Source: an uncultured Methanosarcinales archaeon (lineage in GTDB: Archaea; Nanobdellota; Nanobdellia; Woesearchaeales; JASKKU01). Taken from it: a stretch of 55,026 nucleotides of DNA. Position numbers and translations under genes: made by a program. Under the pieces are notes generated by a model. That model was given only the letters and a program-made list of their open reading frames with translations, made no database searches and was not told the origin of the DNA. The DNA lies in contig CAYUJZ010000005.1 of assembly GCA_964445165.1 (NCBI GenBank), forward strand, positions 1-55,026, written 5' to 3'. Below are positions 16,098 through 25,631 of the stretch, piece after piece. Numbering within the stretch: position 1 is the stretch's first letter; every line of letters starts with the position of its first letter.

Positions 16098-17064
16098 GAC
16101 ACAGTATAAAATAGCACAGCTAAAGGAAAAGTACCCGGCTGCAAAGCAATTTGCAAAAGGAAAGCGGAGCATTGTATTCTCGTTAGGAAAAAGCAGGTGC
16201 ATAAAGCTATCTCTGGGCAAGGTAACCCTGGATAGAGAGTACAAAACCCTTCAGCTGCTCAACAGGCAGGGCATTGGCCCAAAAGCATATTCCTATGACA
16301 GCATGCTTGACTGCCTTGAAATGGAGAGAATTTATGGCAAGCTGATTGAAGAGTTTGCCTCGCAGGAAAAAAGCAGGATAAAGGTCCTTTCCATAATATA
16401 CGCTGTGGCAAAGCAGCTTTTTGCCCTTGACCAGCTTAGCCTGAGCAAAGAAGAGATGCACCACCCTGCCAAGCACATCATTATCTCAGAAAAAGGCCCT
16501 GTGCTTATAGATTTTGAAAGGTGCCATTACTCAGGCAAGCCAAAGAATATCACCCAGTTTTTTCAGTACCTTACCCAAGGAGCCCTCTTTCAAATAATCA
16601 GCAGGCGAGGCTTTGTAGTGTTAAGGGAAAATCTCAGAAAAACCCTTAAATCCTATAAGGAAAAGCCTTCAGAGCAGGCATTTTATGCTCTCTTATCGCA
16701 GCTTTGTTTATCACCAAAAACAGATTTTGAAAAGATATACACAGCAGCAAGGCTTATACCAAAAGGAAAGCTTGCCACCTATAAAAGCATCGCAACGGTA
16801 TCAGGCACACTCCCAAGAGTGGTAGGCTTTGCGATGAGCAAAAACCCTTTCGCACCTATCGTGCCCTGCCACAGGGTAGTCGCCTCATCAGGAATTGGCG
16901 GTTTTGCATCAGGAATAAAAAACAAAAAGAATCTCCTTATCTCAGAAGGCATAAGCCCAGAGTCACTTAAATCCTTTCTTATGCCGCCCAATAAGCTAGC
17001 CAGCTCAAATGCATTATTTCTAAAGAAGCTAAAAAAGAAGCCAAAGCAAAATCAGAACTTGTAA
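16075..17064 (+). CDS. Fusion of a small RIO/Bud32-like kinase-fold domain (atypical catalytic loop) with an O6-alkylguanine-DNA alkyltransferase domain
   Basis: The C-terminal MGMT block is 'IPKGKLATYKSIA...RVVGFAMSKNPFAPIVPCHRVVASSGIGGF...NLLISEGI', containing the PCHR active site. The N-terminal ~230 aa has a kinase-like layout: 'KGKRSIVF', 'EMERIYG', 'HHPAKHIII' and 'LIDFERC'. The ATG at 16075 overlaps the previous gene by 23 nt. Confidence 0.75.
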   Translation: MKKITSSETQYKIAQLKEKYPAAKQFAKGKRSIVFSLGKSRCIKLSLGKVTLDREYKTLQLLNRQGIGPKAYSYDSMLDCLEMERIYGKLIEEFASQEKSRIKVLSIIYAVAKQLFALDQLSLSKEEMHHPAKHIIISEKGPVLIDFERCHYSGKPKNITQFFQYLTQGALFQIISRRGFVVLRENLRKTLKSYKEKPSEQAFYALLSQLCLSPKTDFEKIYTAARLIPKGKLATYKSIATVSGTLPRVVGFAMSKNPFAPIVPCHRVVASSGIGGFASGIKNKKNLLISEGISPESLKSFLMPPNKLASSNALFLKKLKKKPKQNQNL

Positions 17065-17552
17065 AGGTTAAGGAAGCTCCTTACCTCATTCTTAAGCTCA
17101 TTAACCTCTGCATTAAGCTCAGAGGCAAAATTAGACTGCTCTCTCTTGAATATAATCTTATCAAACACAGTCTTCATAAAAAAGTAAATAGGCTTAGCAT
17201 CCCACCGGTTCTGGTAATCTGTTTCAAGCACACCAGCAAAGCTGCATTTTATATTGCCCTTCTCAACAGCAAGCTTTTGCCCTTCCTTCTCAATCAGGAC
17301 ATTCTCTACATCAGAGAGCACAACCTCAATTTTTATGATAAACTTGGCATAGTCGCTTATCTTCTTGAAAGGCTCAAGCTCATGCTTTGCAAATGTTTTT
17401 GTTTCATTATTCTTCTGGAAAGCGCTTTTTTCAGATTTTTCATACCCATTATCCTTAAGCCACCTGTCTATCACAAGAAAAAGCTGCTTTGCCTCAAAAA
17501 AGCCCTTGTAGGATATTGAGCTTTTCTCTGCCACAATGCTCTTCTCAGCCAT
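17052..17552 (-). CDS. Hypothetical protein, paralogue A of a tandem pair (166 aa)
   Basis: Aligns along its full length with the upstream neighbour, sharing blocks such as 'WL...YE..E', 'KI..Y.K..I' and 'F.K.i.KR'. Its start overlaps the neighbour's stop at 17552. Confidence 0.6.
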   Translation of the reverse strand: MAEKSIVAEKSSISYKGFFEAKQLFLVIDRWLKDNGYEKSEKSAFQKNNETKTFAKHELEPFKKISDYAKFIIKIEVVLSDVENVLIEKEGQKLAVEKGNIKCSFAGVLETDYQNRWDAKPIYFFMKTVFDKIIFKREQSNFASELNAEVNELKNEVRSFLNLYKF

Positions 17553-18058
17553 CAGAATACACCCTTGTCTAACTTCATGTTAAGCTTATGTTTTATAAAA
17601 TCTACGAAATGAACCGCATCATAATAAGCCTGGCCCTCATATAGCATGTCAATATCCCTTTTAAGAACCCATTTGTTAAAGAATTCTTTTAGCTTTATTA
17701 AAAAAGGAGTTGATTCCCATTCGCTTTTATCTTTAAGGTAATCCTCGTACCCCAGCTCAACATCTGGCTTAACCTCAATCCTTACCCTAGCCTTAAGCAT
17801 CTTCTTTTTTGTGTTGCTCTTTATAACCTCTACTTCTTTCATATTCCAGAAATAAAAATCCACATCAATTTTTTGCTTCACATAATGTGTTATTTTCCTA
17901 TCAGTTTTCCAGGCGATCTCAAGCTCAGGCGGCTTGTTTTTGTACTTGGTTTCCTTTACCTCATACTCTCTCTCAGTAAGCCAGTCATTCATCGCATTGT
18001 AAACCTCATCAAAGTCAAAGATGCCGTCAAATTTTATCCTGAAGGTTTCAAGAGGCAT
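17552..18058 (-). CDS. Hypothetical protein, paralogue B of a tandem pair (about 168 aa)
   Basis: I prefer the ATG at 18056-18058 over the TTG at 18097. A TATA-like TTTATATA on the minus strand lies about 25 nt upstream. Confidence 0.6.
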   Translation of the reverse strand: MPLETFRIKFDGIFDFDEVYNAMNDWLTEREYEVKETKYKNKPPELEIAWKTDRKITHYVKQKIDVDFYFWNMKEVEVIKSNTKKKMLKARVRIEVKPDVELGYEDYLKDKSEWESTPFLIKLKEFFNKWVLKRDIDMLYEGQAYYDAVHFVDFIKHKLNMKLDKGVF

Positions 18059-18130
18059 ACAGCCTTTCCTGCTAAGCTTATATAAATACTTTCGCAAAAA
18101 TCTTTTTAAATTAGCCCTTTCTTTTCATTG

Positions 18131-19162
18131 ATGATGCTATTTAACAAAGAGCTTTTGGAAGAGCTTGGAGCTAGGGCAGGAGCAAAAAGCAAAATCGGCA
18201 AAGAGGAAAGAGCGCGGTCCTTTGAAGGCTTTGGCCCGGTTGCTTTCAGCAAAGATTCCTTCTTCACTCTATCACAAAAAGACACGAAGGCTTACAAAGC
18301 CGCTCTTGCAGTTGATGGGGGAAACCAGCCCCTGCTTGAAGGAGAGTCTTTTGCCCTTGACTTCATAAGGGTTTCCTTTTGCCTGTTCTCAGATGGAAAA
18401 ATAAAAGAGGCAAAGTCATATTCAGGCTTTGTGCTAGCCTATCTTGACAAGTTTGCGTATGGAAAGGACGAGCTGGCCATAAAAGCATTAGTTTTCGACT
18501 CAAAAGGCCTTTCCGGGATTTCTGATGGCTCCTATGGCTTCACCTACGAAGCAGACAGCTCCCAAGTTTTTTCAAAGATGAGGGAATCAATAAATGCAGT
18601 CCGGAGGAGCATAGAGCTAAACCTGTGCCTGCAGGAGGCAGGCAAAGCCAAAAACTCGTTTATCCTGGCTGACGGCCCATTGTATGACAGCCAATCTCTA
18701 CCTTTGATTAAAAAGCTCTCTGCAATATCTGCTTCAAATTCACTTATGGTTTTTGGAATATCAAAAACAAGCTCGCTTTTTACAGAGTCAGGCAGGCACC
18801 TCCCTTCGCTTCTGATGTCAGACTCACCTGAAAGCGAATGGGGCATTCAGATAGCAGAAAGCACATTTTCCCCAAAAGCAAATGTATTCTTCGCAAGGCT
18901 TCACAGAAAGTCAAAGCTCTGCTTTCGCATAGATACACTAGAAGACGACCCCTCATCCCTTTCAAGCCTGCTGCCCCTTTCAACCCATTCTGCCTTTCTT
19001 GGCTACCCCTACCCGCTCATAGTTGCAGATAAGACTGCAAGAGTGAAAAACCAGGAAAAGCAGTTCCTTTCGACATATTTAAAAAGAGCGATAAATGACA
19101 AGCAGTTTGACGTAGTTGAAAACCTGCTTAATGCGCATAGCTTTTTAGACACAATAGGCTAG
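18131..19162 (+). CDS. NurA-like nuclease domain protein
   Basis: 'LAVDGGNQ', 'FILADGPLY', 'GYPYPLIVADKTARV' and a C-terminal 'NAHSFLD' follow the NurA-type acidic-residue layout. 343 aa. No HerA, Mre11 or Rad50 gene is adjacent. Confidence 0.5.
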   Translation: MMLFNKELLEELGARAGAKSKIGKEERARSFEGFGPVAFSKDSFFTLSQKDTKAYKAALAVDGGNQPLLEGESFALDFIRVSFCLFSDGKIKEAKSYSGFVLAYLDKFAYGKDELAIKALVFDSKGLSGISDGSYGFTYEADSSQVFSKMRESINAVRRSIELNLCLQEAGKAKNSFILADGPLYDSQSLPLIKKLSAISASNSLMVFGISKTSSLFTESGRHLPSLLMSDSPESEWGIQIAESTFSPKANVFFARLHRKSKLCFRIDTLEDDPSSLSSLLPLSTHSAFLGYPYPLIVADKTARVKNQEKQFLSTYLKRAINDKQFDVVENLLNAHSFLDTIG

Positions 19163-19233
19163 GCGGTTAAGCAAATGCTGCTAATAAGCCCTAAAATAAT
19201 AAAAGGGAAAAAGCCAAAAAGGAAAAAGAAAAA

Positions 19234-19875
19234 ATGAAAAGAGTTTTAGTGGCTTGCGCACACTCAGATGACCAGATCTTTGGCCCAGGAGGAACCCTTT
19301 TTAAGTATAGCTCAGATGAGACAGAGATTTACACAATAATTTTCTCTTTTGGGGAAAAAAGCCATCCGATGTTCAAAAAAAAGGTAACAGCAAAAGCACG
19401 GGTAAAGGAAGCAAAAGAAGTAAATGCCCTCCTTAATGGCAAAGACCTGATTTTTCTGGGATTAAAAGACGGACAGTTCCAAAAAGAAATTCCTAAAAAA
19501 AACACAGAGGAAAGGCTTTTGAAGCTCATAAGAAAGTTCAGGCCAGACAGAATACTGACGCATAGCCCAGATGATCCCCTCCAAGACCACAGGGAGGTTT
19601 ATAAGTGTGTGCTCTCAGCAGCAGAAAAGCACAATTTCAAAGGTGAAATTTTCTGCTTTGATGTATGGACCCTGTTCAACTTGAAAAAGTCAGGCCTCCC
19701 TAAAATCTACGTTGACACATCCGAATTTTTTCATAAAAAAGTTGAAGCCCTGAAAATGTTCAAAAGCCAGAAGCTATCCTTTTTAATCCTTATCTTGCCA
19801 ACATTCCTAAGGGACTTTATCAACGGCCTAAAGAACCACTCAAAGTATGCAGAAGTCCTGTACAAGGCATACTAA
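19234..19875 (+). CDS. PIG-L/LmbE-family N-acetylglucosaminyl deacetylase
   Basis: 'VACAHSDDQIFGPGGTL' and the 'HSPDDPLQDH' histidine/aspartate motif. Confidence 0.8.
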   Translation: MKRVLVACAHSDDQIFGPGGTLFKYSSDETEIYTIIFSFGEKSHPMFKKKVTAKARVKEAKEVNALLNGKDLIFLGLKDGQFQKEIPKKNTEERLLKLIRKFRPDRILTHSPDDPLQDHREVYKCVLSAAEKHNFKGEIFCFDVWTLFNLKKSGLPKIYVDTSEFFHKKVEALKMFKSQKLSFLILILPTFLRDFINGLKNHSKYAEVLYKAY

Positions 19876-19886
19876 AACCATTGAAA

Positions 19887-21026
19887 ATGAAGCCCAAACT
19901 ACTTATTGTAAGCGACTCTTTCCTTCCAAGATGGGACGGAGTTTCAAGGTTCCTTTATGAGCTTCTGCCTTACCTTAAGGACGATTTCTCAATAACCCTT
20001 TTAATTCCGGATTTCGGAAAAATTCCTTCTTACAAAAACCTTGAGCGAGTGAAAATTGAACGAATCCCACTCTCAAAAAAGACATACTCAGACTACCAGC
20101 CCCCAAAGCTAAAAACACTAAAATTAAGAAAGCTTGTGAAAAAGGCAGACATTGTATTCACAAACACCCTTGGGCCTTTGGGAATTCAGTCAATTATTTT
20201 TTCAAAACTCCTGAGAAAAAGCCTGGCTTCCTTTGTGCATTCAATAGAATGGGAGCTCTTTTCAAAGAGCATTGCAGGAAAGGCCAAGAAAAAGCTCGTT
20301 TACTTTATAACCAAGCCAATTGTAACCTTGCTCTACAACCTTACAGATATGCTTATAGTCCCAACCGAGGAAGTAGCCTCAATCATGTCCAGAAACAGGA
20401 TTCTCTCCCCAAAAACCATAGTCCGGCTGGGAGTAAAGACTGACTTCTTCAGGCCGCCAGAGAACAAGAGCAAGGCAAAAGAGGAACTCGGGCTGAAAGA
20501 CTGTCTTGTTGTTGGCTTTTGCGGAAGGCTTGCTCTGGAGAAAGACCCGATGACATTGCTAAGGGCTTTCAGGCTTTTTCTTGTTAAGAACAAGGAAGCC
20601 AGGCTTCTTGTTGTTGGCTCAGGAATTAAGCTCCTTGAAGAAAGGTTCTCAAAATCAAGAAATGTTGTTTTTGTTGGCAGGCAGGACGATGTAAGGAAAT
20701 ATTACTCTGCAATGGATGTTTTCTGCTCCACTTCGCTTACAGAGACAACCGGCCTGACAATCCTGGAAGCAATGGCTTCAGGCATTCCAGTAATATCCAC
20801 AAAAGTTGGCGTTTCGACAAAAATAATATCCAACGGAAAAAACGGGTTTCTCGTGGATTTCAAGGATTCTTACTCGATATCAAAAATTCTTCAGAAGCTA
20901 GGCAGGGACAGGGTGCTCAGGGAAGAAATCGGAAGAAAAGCAAGAAAAGCGGTTGAAGAAAACTTCTCCTGGGAAAAAACCTGTGAAGGCATAAATAATG
21001 TCTTGCATTCCATGCCAAAAAGCTAG
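19887..21026 (+). CDS. GT4-family (GT-B) glycosyltransferase
   Basis: C-terminal 'SLTETTGLTILEAMASGIPVIST' is the E-x7-E region. ATG at 19887; the ORF track uses the TTG at 19881. Confidence 0.85.
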   Translation: MKPKLLIVSDSFLPRWDGVSRFLYELLPYLKDDFSITLLIPDFGKIPSYKNLERVKIERIPLSKKTYSDYQPPKLKTLKLRKLVKKADIVFTNTLGPLGIQSIIFSKLLRKSLASFVHSIEWELFSKSIAGKAKKKLVYFITKPIVTLLYNLTDMLIVPTEEVASIMSRNRILSPKTIVRLGVKTDFFRPPENKSKAKEELGLKDCLVVGFCGRLALEKDPMTLLRAFRLFLVKNKEARLLVVGSGIKLLEERFSKSRNVVFVGRQDDVRKYYSAMDVFCSTSLTETTGLTILEAMASGIPVISTKVGVSTKIISNGKNGFLVDFKDSYSISKILQKLGRDRVLREEIGRKARKAVEENFSWEKTCEGINNVLHSMPKS

Positions 21027-21048
21027 CTGAATTGCAAGTTGATTATTA

Positions 21049-24000
21049 TCAGGCTTTGAGTACCTCACCTTCAACCTTCAGGGATATTATCTTGCTTAAG
21101 TTGACTTCCTTATCCATGCTTACTCCATACAGGTAATCAGCACCGCTCAGGACTTCGTCATTATGGCTAATCACAACATACTGCGCCTTTTTGCTGTACT
21201 CCTTTATCCAGCCAGCCAGCTCCCTGGAATTGACCTTGTCAAGAGCCGAGTCAACCTCGTCAAACACATAAAACGTTGAAGGCTCATAGTCCTGCAGCGC
21301 AAAGATGAACGAAAGCGAAGTAAGGGTTTTCTCACCGCCAGACAGGCTTCTCAGCTCAATAAACCTTGATTTATTGAGCCTAACCTTGATTTTAAGCCCT
21401 CCCTCAAATGGCTCTTCCGGGTTTTCCATCTCAAGAAATGCCTCGCCCTTAGGAGCAAGCTTCTGGAAAATTGCCTGGAATGAGTTGTTTATGCTCTCAA
21501 ATGTCTTAAGAAACTTTTCTTTTCTCTTGCTTTCAATCTCGCCAATAAGGTCAAGCACATCTTCCCTCTCCTTGCTAAGCTTTGCAATCCTTTCAACCAG
21601 CTCATTAAACTCCTTCTCAGCCTGCTCAAACACCTCAATCGCCCTCATGTTAACCGCGCCGATGGATGCAATAGCCTGCTCCAGCTCAGCAAGCCTGGTT
21701 TTTATCTGCCTTTCACCCAGGCCAACAGGCTCAAGGTCTTTGTACTGCTTCATTTCCTCATCAAGAGTTTCAATCTCGGTCTTAAGCTGAGCCTCTTTGT
21801 ATCTTATGTTGCTGATAGACTTCTCAATCTCCCTTGTTTCAGTATCCAGCAGAATAGCCTTATTGTCATGCTCCTGATTTTCATTCTCAAGCCTGTTTCT
21901 CTTTTCAATTAGCTCCTTGAACTCAGAGAAGAATTTTTTCACAATCTCTTCTTTCTTGCTGATTTCCTCTTTAAGAGACTTCAATCCTGCCTGAATGCCT
22001 TCAAGCTTCTTTTCAAACTCCTGCTTTTGCTTATCCAGGTCTTCCATTATGGCATCAGAAGACTTCTTGTCATGCTGAAGCACCTCTAGCTTGGTGTCTA
22101 TCCTGCTTAATTCAGACTCAAGGCCCGCAATCCTCTCATTAATCCCTTTTCTGCTCTCTTCATATGCCCTTAGCTCAGCAAGCTTTGAAGGGTCGCTAAT
22201 CTCAGAAAGCTTATCCCTGAGTTGCTGCTTCTTTCCCTTAAGCTCAGTTATCTCCTTAAGCAGGCTCGAAATGCTTGCCTGGTTTTTTGCTATCATCTCA
22301 TCAAGGTTTCTTACTTCCTTTCCAATCCTTTCCTTTTCCTCAGCGCTTGCACTTAAGTCAGAGTCCTGGATGTAAAGGCTTTTTTCCCTTTTGATAATCT
22401 CTCCTTCCAGCTCAGCCTTTTTTGCCCTTAGCTGGTCAATCTTCTCCCCAATCTCGCCCTTTCTGCTTTCCATCGAGCTAATCAGGCCAGACGCATCATT
22501 AATCTCCTTAACAAGCGCATCAAGCTCGCTCCTGGCATTCTCATCCTTGAACCTGGCAGCAGCCTTGCCCTTTGAAACATGCCCGCCAAACATCACGCCA
22601 GAAGCCTCAGCAAGGTCACCCTCAAGAGTTACCATTCTCACATTTCCAATTCCTATCTTTCTTGCAGTATCAATATTATCCACAACAAGTGTGCCGCCAA
22701 AAACATACTCAAAAGCCTTCCTGAATTTATTGTCAAACCTAATCAGGTCAAGTGCAGGCCCTACAACACCCTGAGCCTTTGCAACAGCTTCCTTAGCCTG
22801 CTGGCTGATTCCATGCGACTTAATCTTGTTTAGCGGAATAAAAGAGGCGGTTCCCAGCTTGTTTTCTTTAAGAAACCTAATGCATTCAGCAGCAACCTGG
22901 TCATTTTCAACCACAATCTGATTCATCCTTGAGCCAGCAGCAATGCTCAGCGCAAGCTCATGCTCCATGTTTGCAGAGCCAAGCTCAGCCACTGTTCCAT
23001 AAATTCCCGGCTTCTGCTGCTTAAGCTCCATTATCTTTTTTATTGCGATGTTTCTGCTAAGCAACTCCTCCCTTTCCCTGTCCTTTATGTTAAGCTTGAC
23101 CTCTTTCTCCTTCAACTCAACAAGGGTTTTTCTAAGCTTAATCAGCTTGTTTGCAATCATAGAATCCTCATTTAGCAGCCCTGCAAGCTCCATTGTATCC
23201 TTTTTGAACTCCTCTTTCAGCTTCTTAATCTCATCAATCTCTTCCTTGTGCTGCTTCTCAATCTGCTTCATCTTGGCAATCCTGGAATCAATTCCCTCAA
23301 GCTCCATCTCAAGCCTGTCCTTTTCCCTGATGAAAGACTGCTGCTTCTCTCTCAGAGACTGGATCTCCTGGCTTTTCTCTTCCGTTTCTGCATCAATGCT
23401 TTCGATTTCTTTGTTAATCTCGTCAAGTGAGCCAAGGTTCAGCTTTTCGTTAAACCTCTTAATGTCAGACTCTGCCTTCTCTTTGTTTGCCTTCTCCCTA
23501 TCAAGCAGCCCAGAGACCTCTTTTCTCTTTCCCTCAAGGCTTTTGATATTTTCCTGAATCTCTTTTAGTGACGATAGAACATTCTCCTTCTTAGACTGAA
23601 TGTTCCTAAGCTGCTCATTGAAATTGTTCTGCTCGGAAACCATGGTAGCCATTTCAATCCTTTTCTGCTCGAGCTCCCTGTTCATCTCAACCTGCTCTTT
23701 CTCTCCCTTGTCTTCAATGGTTTTAGTAATCTTCCTGATTTCCTCCTTATTCTTTGCAATATTCTCTTTGAGGCCTTTAATCTCCTCATTCTTTTTCCTG
23801 ATTTTTTCCTCACTGCCAGCAACCTTTTCAGACGCCTGGGAAAGCTCAGCAGCCTTCTTCTCTTTCTCTTTCACAAGCAGGCTAAACTTAAGCCTCTCTA
23901 TTTCAGATGACGCTTCCTTGAACTTCAGTGCCTCTTCCCTGTCCTTTCTGAGCTCATCCATGTACTGCTTTCTTTCCTCAAGAATTATCTGTGCGTCCTT

Positions 24001-24567
24001 TGTTCTCTGCTCAACATTCAGAAGCTCCTGCTCAGCTTTTTCCTTCCTTTCCCTATAAACAGAGATTCCAGCAGCCTCTTCCAGGATCATCCTTTTGTTA
24101 ACGCTTGACATGCTGATAAAGCTGCTGATGTCATCCTGAAGCACAATATTGTAACCATCTGGGTCAATCCTTGCAGCAGAAAGAATTGTAAGAACCTCCT
24201 GCCTGGTTTTCGTTTTGTCATTAACCCTGTAAACGCTGTTTCCCGCGCTCTTAACCAGCCTGCTTACCTTAACCTCATCAGCATCAACAGGAAAGATTCT
24301 GTCAGAATTGTCAAAGACAATGCTGACCTCAGCCTCCTTTGCAGCCTTGCCTTTCTTGCCCCCATTGTAAACCAGGGCAGATAGGTTTTCAGCTCTCATG
24401 CTCTTAGCACTGCTTCTTCCAAGAACAAAGCATACAGCATCAATCACATTTGATTTTCCAGAGCCGTTTGGCCCGATAATTGTGTTGAAAGTATCTCCGA
24501 ACTCTAGCACGGTTCTTTTCCCAAAGGTCTTAAACCCATGCATAATCAGCCTCTTTATCTTTGTCAT
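21049..24567 (-). CDS. smc: SMC chromosome segregation ATPase
   Basis: 1172 aa with Walker A 'GPNGSGKSN', long coiled coils, a hinge, signature 'LSGGEKTL' and Walker B 'FYVFDEVD'. Confidence 0.95.
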   Translation of the reverse strand: MTKIKRLIMHGFKTFGKRTVLEFGDTFNTIIGPNGSGKSNVIDAVCFVLGRSSAKSMRAENLSALVYNGGKKGKAAKEAEVSIVFDNSDRIFPVDADEVKVSRLVKSAGNSVYRVNDKTKTRQEVLTILSAARIDPDGYNIVLQDDISSFISMSSVNKRMILEEAAGISVYRERKEKAEQELLNVEQRTKDAQIILEERKQYMDELRKDREEALKFKEASSEIERLKFSLLVKEKEKKAAELSQASEKVAGSEEKIRKKNEEIKGLKENIAKNKEEIRKITKTIEDKGEKEQVEMNRELEQKRIEMATMVSEQNNFNEQLRNIQSKKENVLSSLKEIQENIKSLEGKRKEVSGLLDREKANKEKAESDIKRFNEKLNLGSLDEINKEIESIDAETEEKSQEIQSLREKQQSFIREKDRLEMELEGIDSRIAKMKQIEKQHKEEIDEIKKLKEEFKKDTMELAGLLNEDSMIANKLIKLRKTLVELKEKEVKLNIKDREREELLSRNIAIKKIMELKQQKPGIYGTVAELGSANMEHELALSIAAGSRMNQIVVENDQVAAECIRFLKENKLGTASFIPLNKIKSHGISQQAKEAVAKAQGVVGPALDLIRFDNKFRKAFEYVFGGTLVVDNIDTARKIGIGNVRMVTLEGDLAEASGVMFGGHVSKGKAAARFKDENARSELDALVKEINDASGLISSMESRKGEIGEKIDQLRAKKAELEGEIIKREKSLYIQDSDLSASAEEKERIGKEVRNLDEMIAKNQASISSLLKEITELKGKKQQLRDKLSEISDPSKLAELRAYEESRKGINERIAGLESELSRIDTKLEVLQHDKKSSDAIMEDLDKQKQEFEKKLEGIQAGLKSLKEEISKKEEIVKKFFSEFKELIEKRNRLENENQEHDNKAILLDTETREIEKSISNIRYKEAQLKTEIETLDEEMKQYKDLEPVGLGERQIKTRLAELEQAIASIGAVNMRAIEVFEQAEKEFNELVERIAKLSKEREDVLDLIGEIESKRKEKFLKTFESINNSFQAIFQKLAPKGEAFLEMENPEEPFEGGLKIKVRLNKSRFIELRSLSGGEKTLTSLSFIFALQDYEPSTFYVFDEVDSALDKVNSRELAGWIKEYSKKAQYVVISHNDEVLSGADYLYGVSMDKEVNLSKIISLKVEGEVLKA

Positions 24568-24695
24568 CCACTCGCTTAAAATCTGATTTTATTTATAAAC
24601 TTTGTTTTTACCCAAAAGAGAAAACCCCCAATTCTTGTTCTTTTTTTAATAGCGAAAAGCCAATTCCTTTTATTTTCCCTTCAAAAGTGATAAAC

Positions 24696-24703
24696 TTTAA
24701 ATA
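24696..24703 (+). promoter_or_regulatory. TATA box (TTTAAATA) 22 nt upstream of the ATG at 24726
   Basis: Supports the internal ATG at 24726. A second, minus-strand TATA (TTTATAAATA, about 24590-24599) serves smc. Confidence 0.45.
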
Positions 24704-24725
24704 TTTAGGTGTTTTTAACACTTTT

Positions 24726-25631
24726 ATGAAATATGAGCTGGGCAGGGTTTTGAATGTTCTGAGAGAGTCACTTGAGTTTAGGTTTTCCCCAGTATCAATG
24801 GGAGAAAAGCCAGCAAAAGCCAGGTTTACAGGCTATGGGCTTAACAGAATCCCGGGATTGATGCTTTCAAGGCTAGTAGAAGTGCAGGTTTCCGGCACGA
24901 ACCAAGCAGCGAAAGACAAGTTAGTCGTGCTCTTTGCTGATGAGGGCAACGAAGACGATCAGGACTTGTACAGGAGCTTTGTCCGATCAGGAAGCAAAAT
25001 TCTCGTATTCTCCAGAAACCAGAAGTTTGAGGAGCTTTGCAGGATAAACGAGAGCCTTTTCGTAAAAATGCCTGAGTTGAAGTATCCGGAGCTTACCTTT
25101 TTCTCCCAGTTCCTTATAGCAGCAAGGGCATTTTTTGACCTTGGGCTGGTCTCAACATTCCCATCAGAATCCTTGTCTTCATTCATTTCAAAGATGGACT
25201 TCTCAGCAAGCGTAAGCAGCTTTCATGAGAAGATGTGGCAGAAAAACATTTTGCTGCTCTCATCAGAAGAGGCATACCCACTTGCAGAAGCATGGAGAAT
25301 ATTCATAACAAGGTATGCAGGAATCCCAGCTTCACTGGACAGAATCATTGACTCGCTTTATTTCAGGCTGAGTTCACTCTCAAAAGACTCTTTTGTGCTT
25401 TTCTTTATTTCAGACACTGATTCAAACATACTGAAAAGAAAGCTTAAGGTAATCCGGGAGGTCCTTCCGTTTAACTCAACCCAGATGGTGCTTAAAGGAG
25501 AGTTTGCAATCTATAAGGTGCTTCTTTCATCGCTTCTTGGGTTTTTCCTCTCAATAGAGCTCTCAGAAAAGGAAGACCCGCTTGATTACAGCAAAGTTCT
25601 TAAAGATTACAGCTCAAGGAGATTTGTATGA
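24726..25631 (+). CDS. Hypothetical protein; size and spacing reminiscent of the archaeal SIS-fold PGI/PMI family, but hallmark motifs are not recognisable
   Basis: 301 aa from the ATG at 24726. The stop overlaps the ROK kinase start (ATGA at 25628-25631). Confidence 0.5.
   Translation: MKYELGRVLNVLRESLEFRFSPVSMGEKPAKARFTGYGLNRIPGLMLSRLVEVQVSGTNQAAKDKLVVLFADEGNEDDQDLYRSFVRSGSKILVFSRNQKFEELCRINESLFVKMPELKYPELTFFSQFLIAARAFFDLGLVSTFPSESLSSFISKMDFSASVSSFHEKMWQKNILLLSSEEAYPLAEAWRIFITRYAGIPASLDRIIDSLYFRLSSLSKDSFVLFFISDTDSNILKRKLKVIREVLPFNSTQMVLKGEFAIYKVLLSSLLGFFLSIELSEKEDPLDYSKVLKDYSSRRFV

Noticed and set aside
21305-24058. Multiple 60-170-aa plus-strand ORFs inside the smc gene (for example 21305-21790, 23048-23557, 23600-24058).
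   Set aside because: They are S/L/F/C-rich, low-complexity mirror images of the K/E/L-rich coiled-coil codons (AAG/GAA read as CTT/TTC). They have no starts with promoter or SD context, and smc itself is unambiguous.
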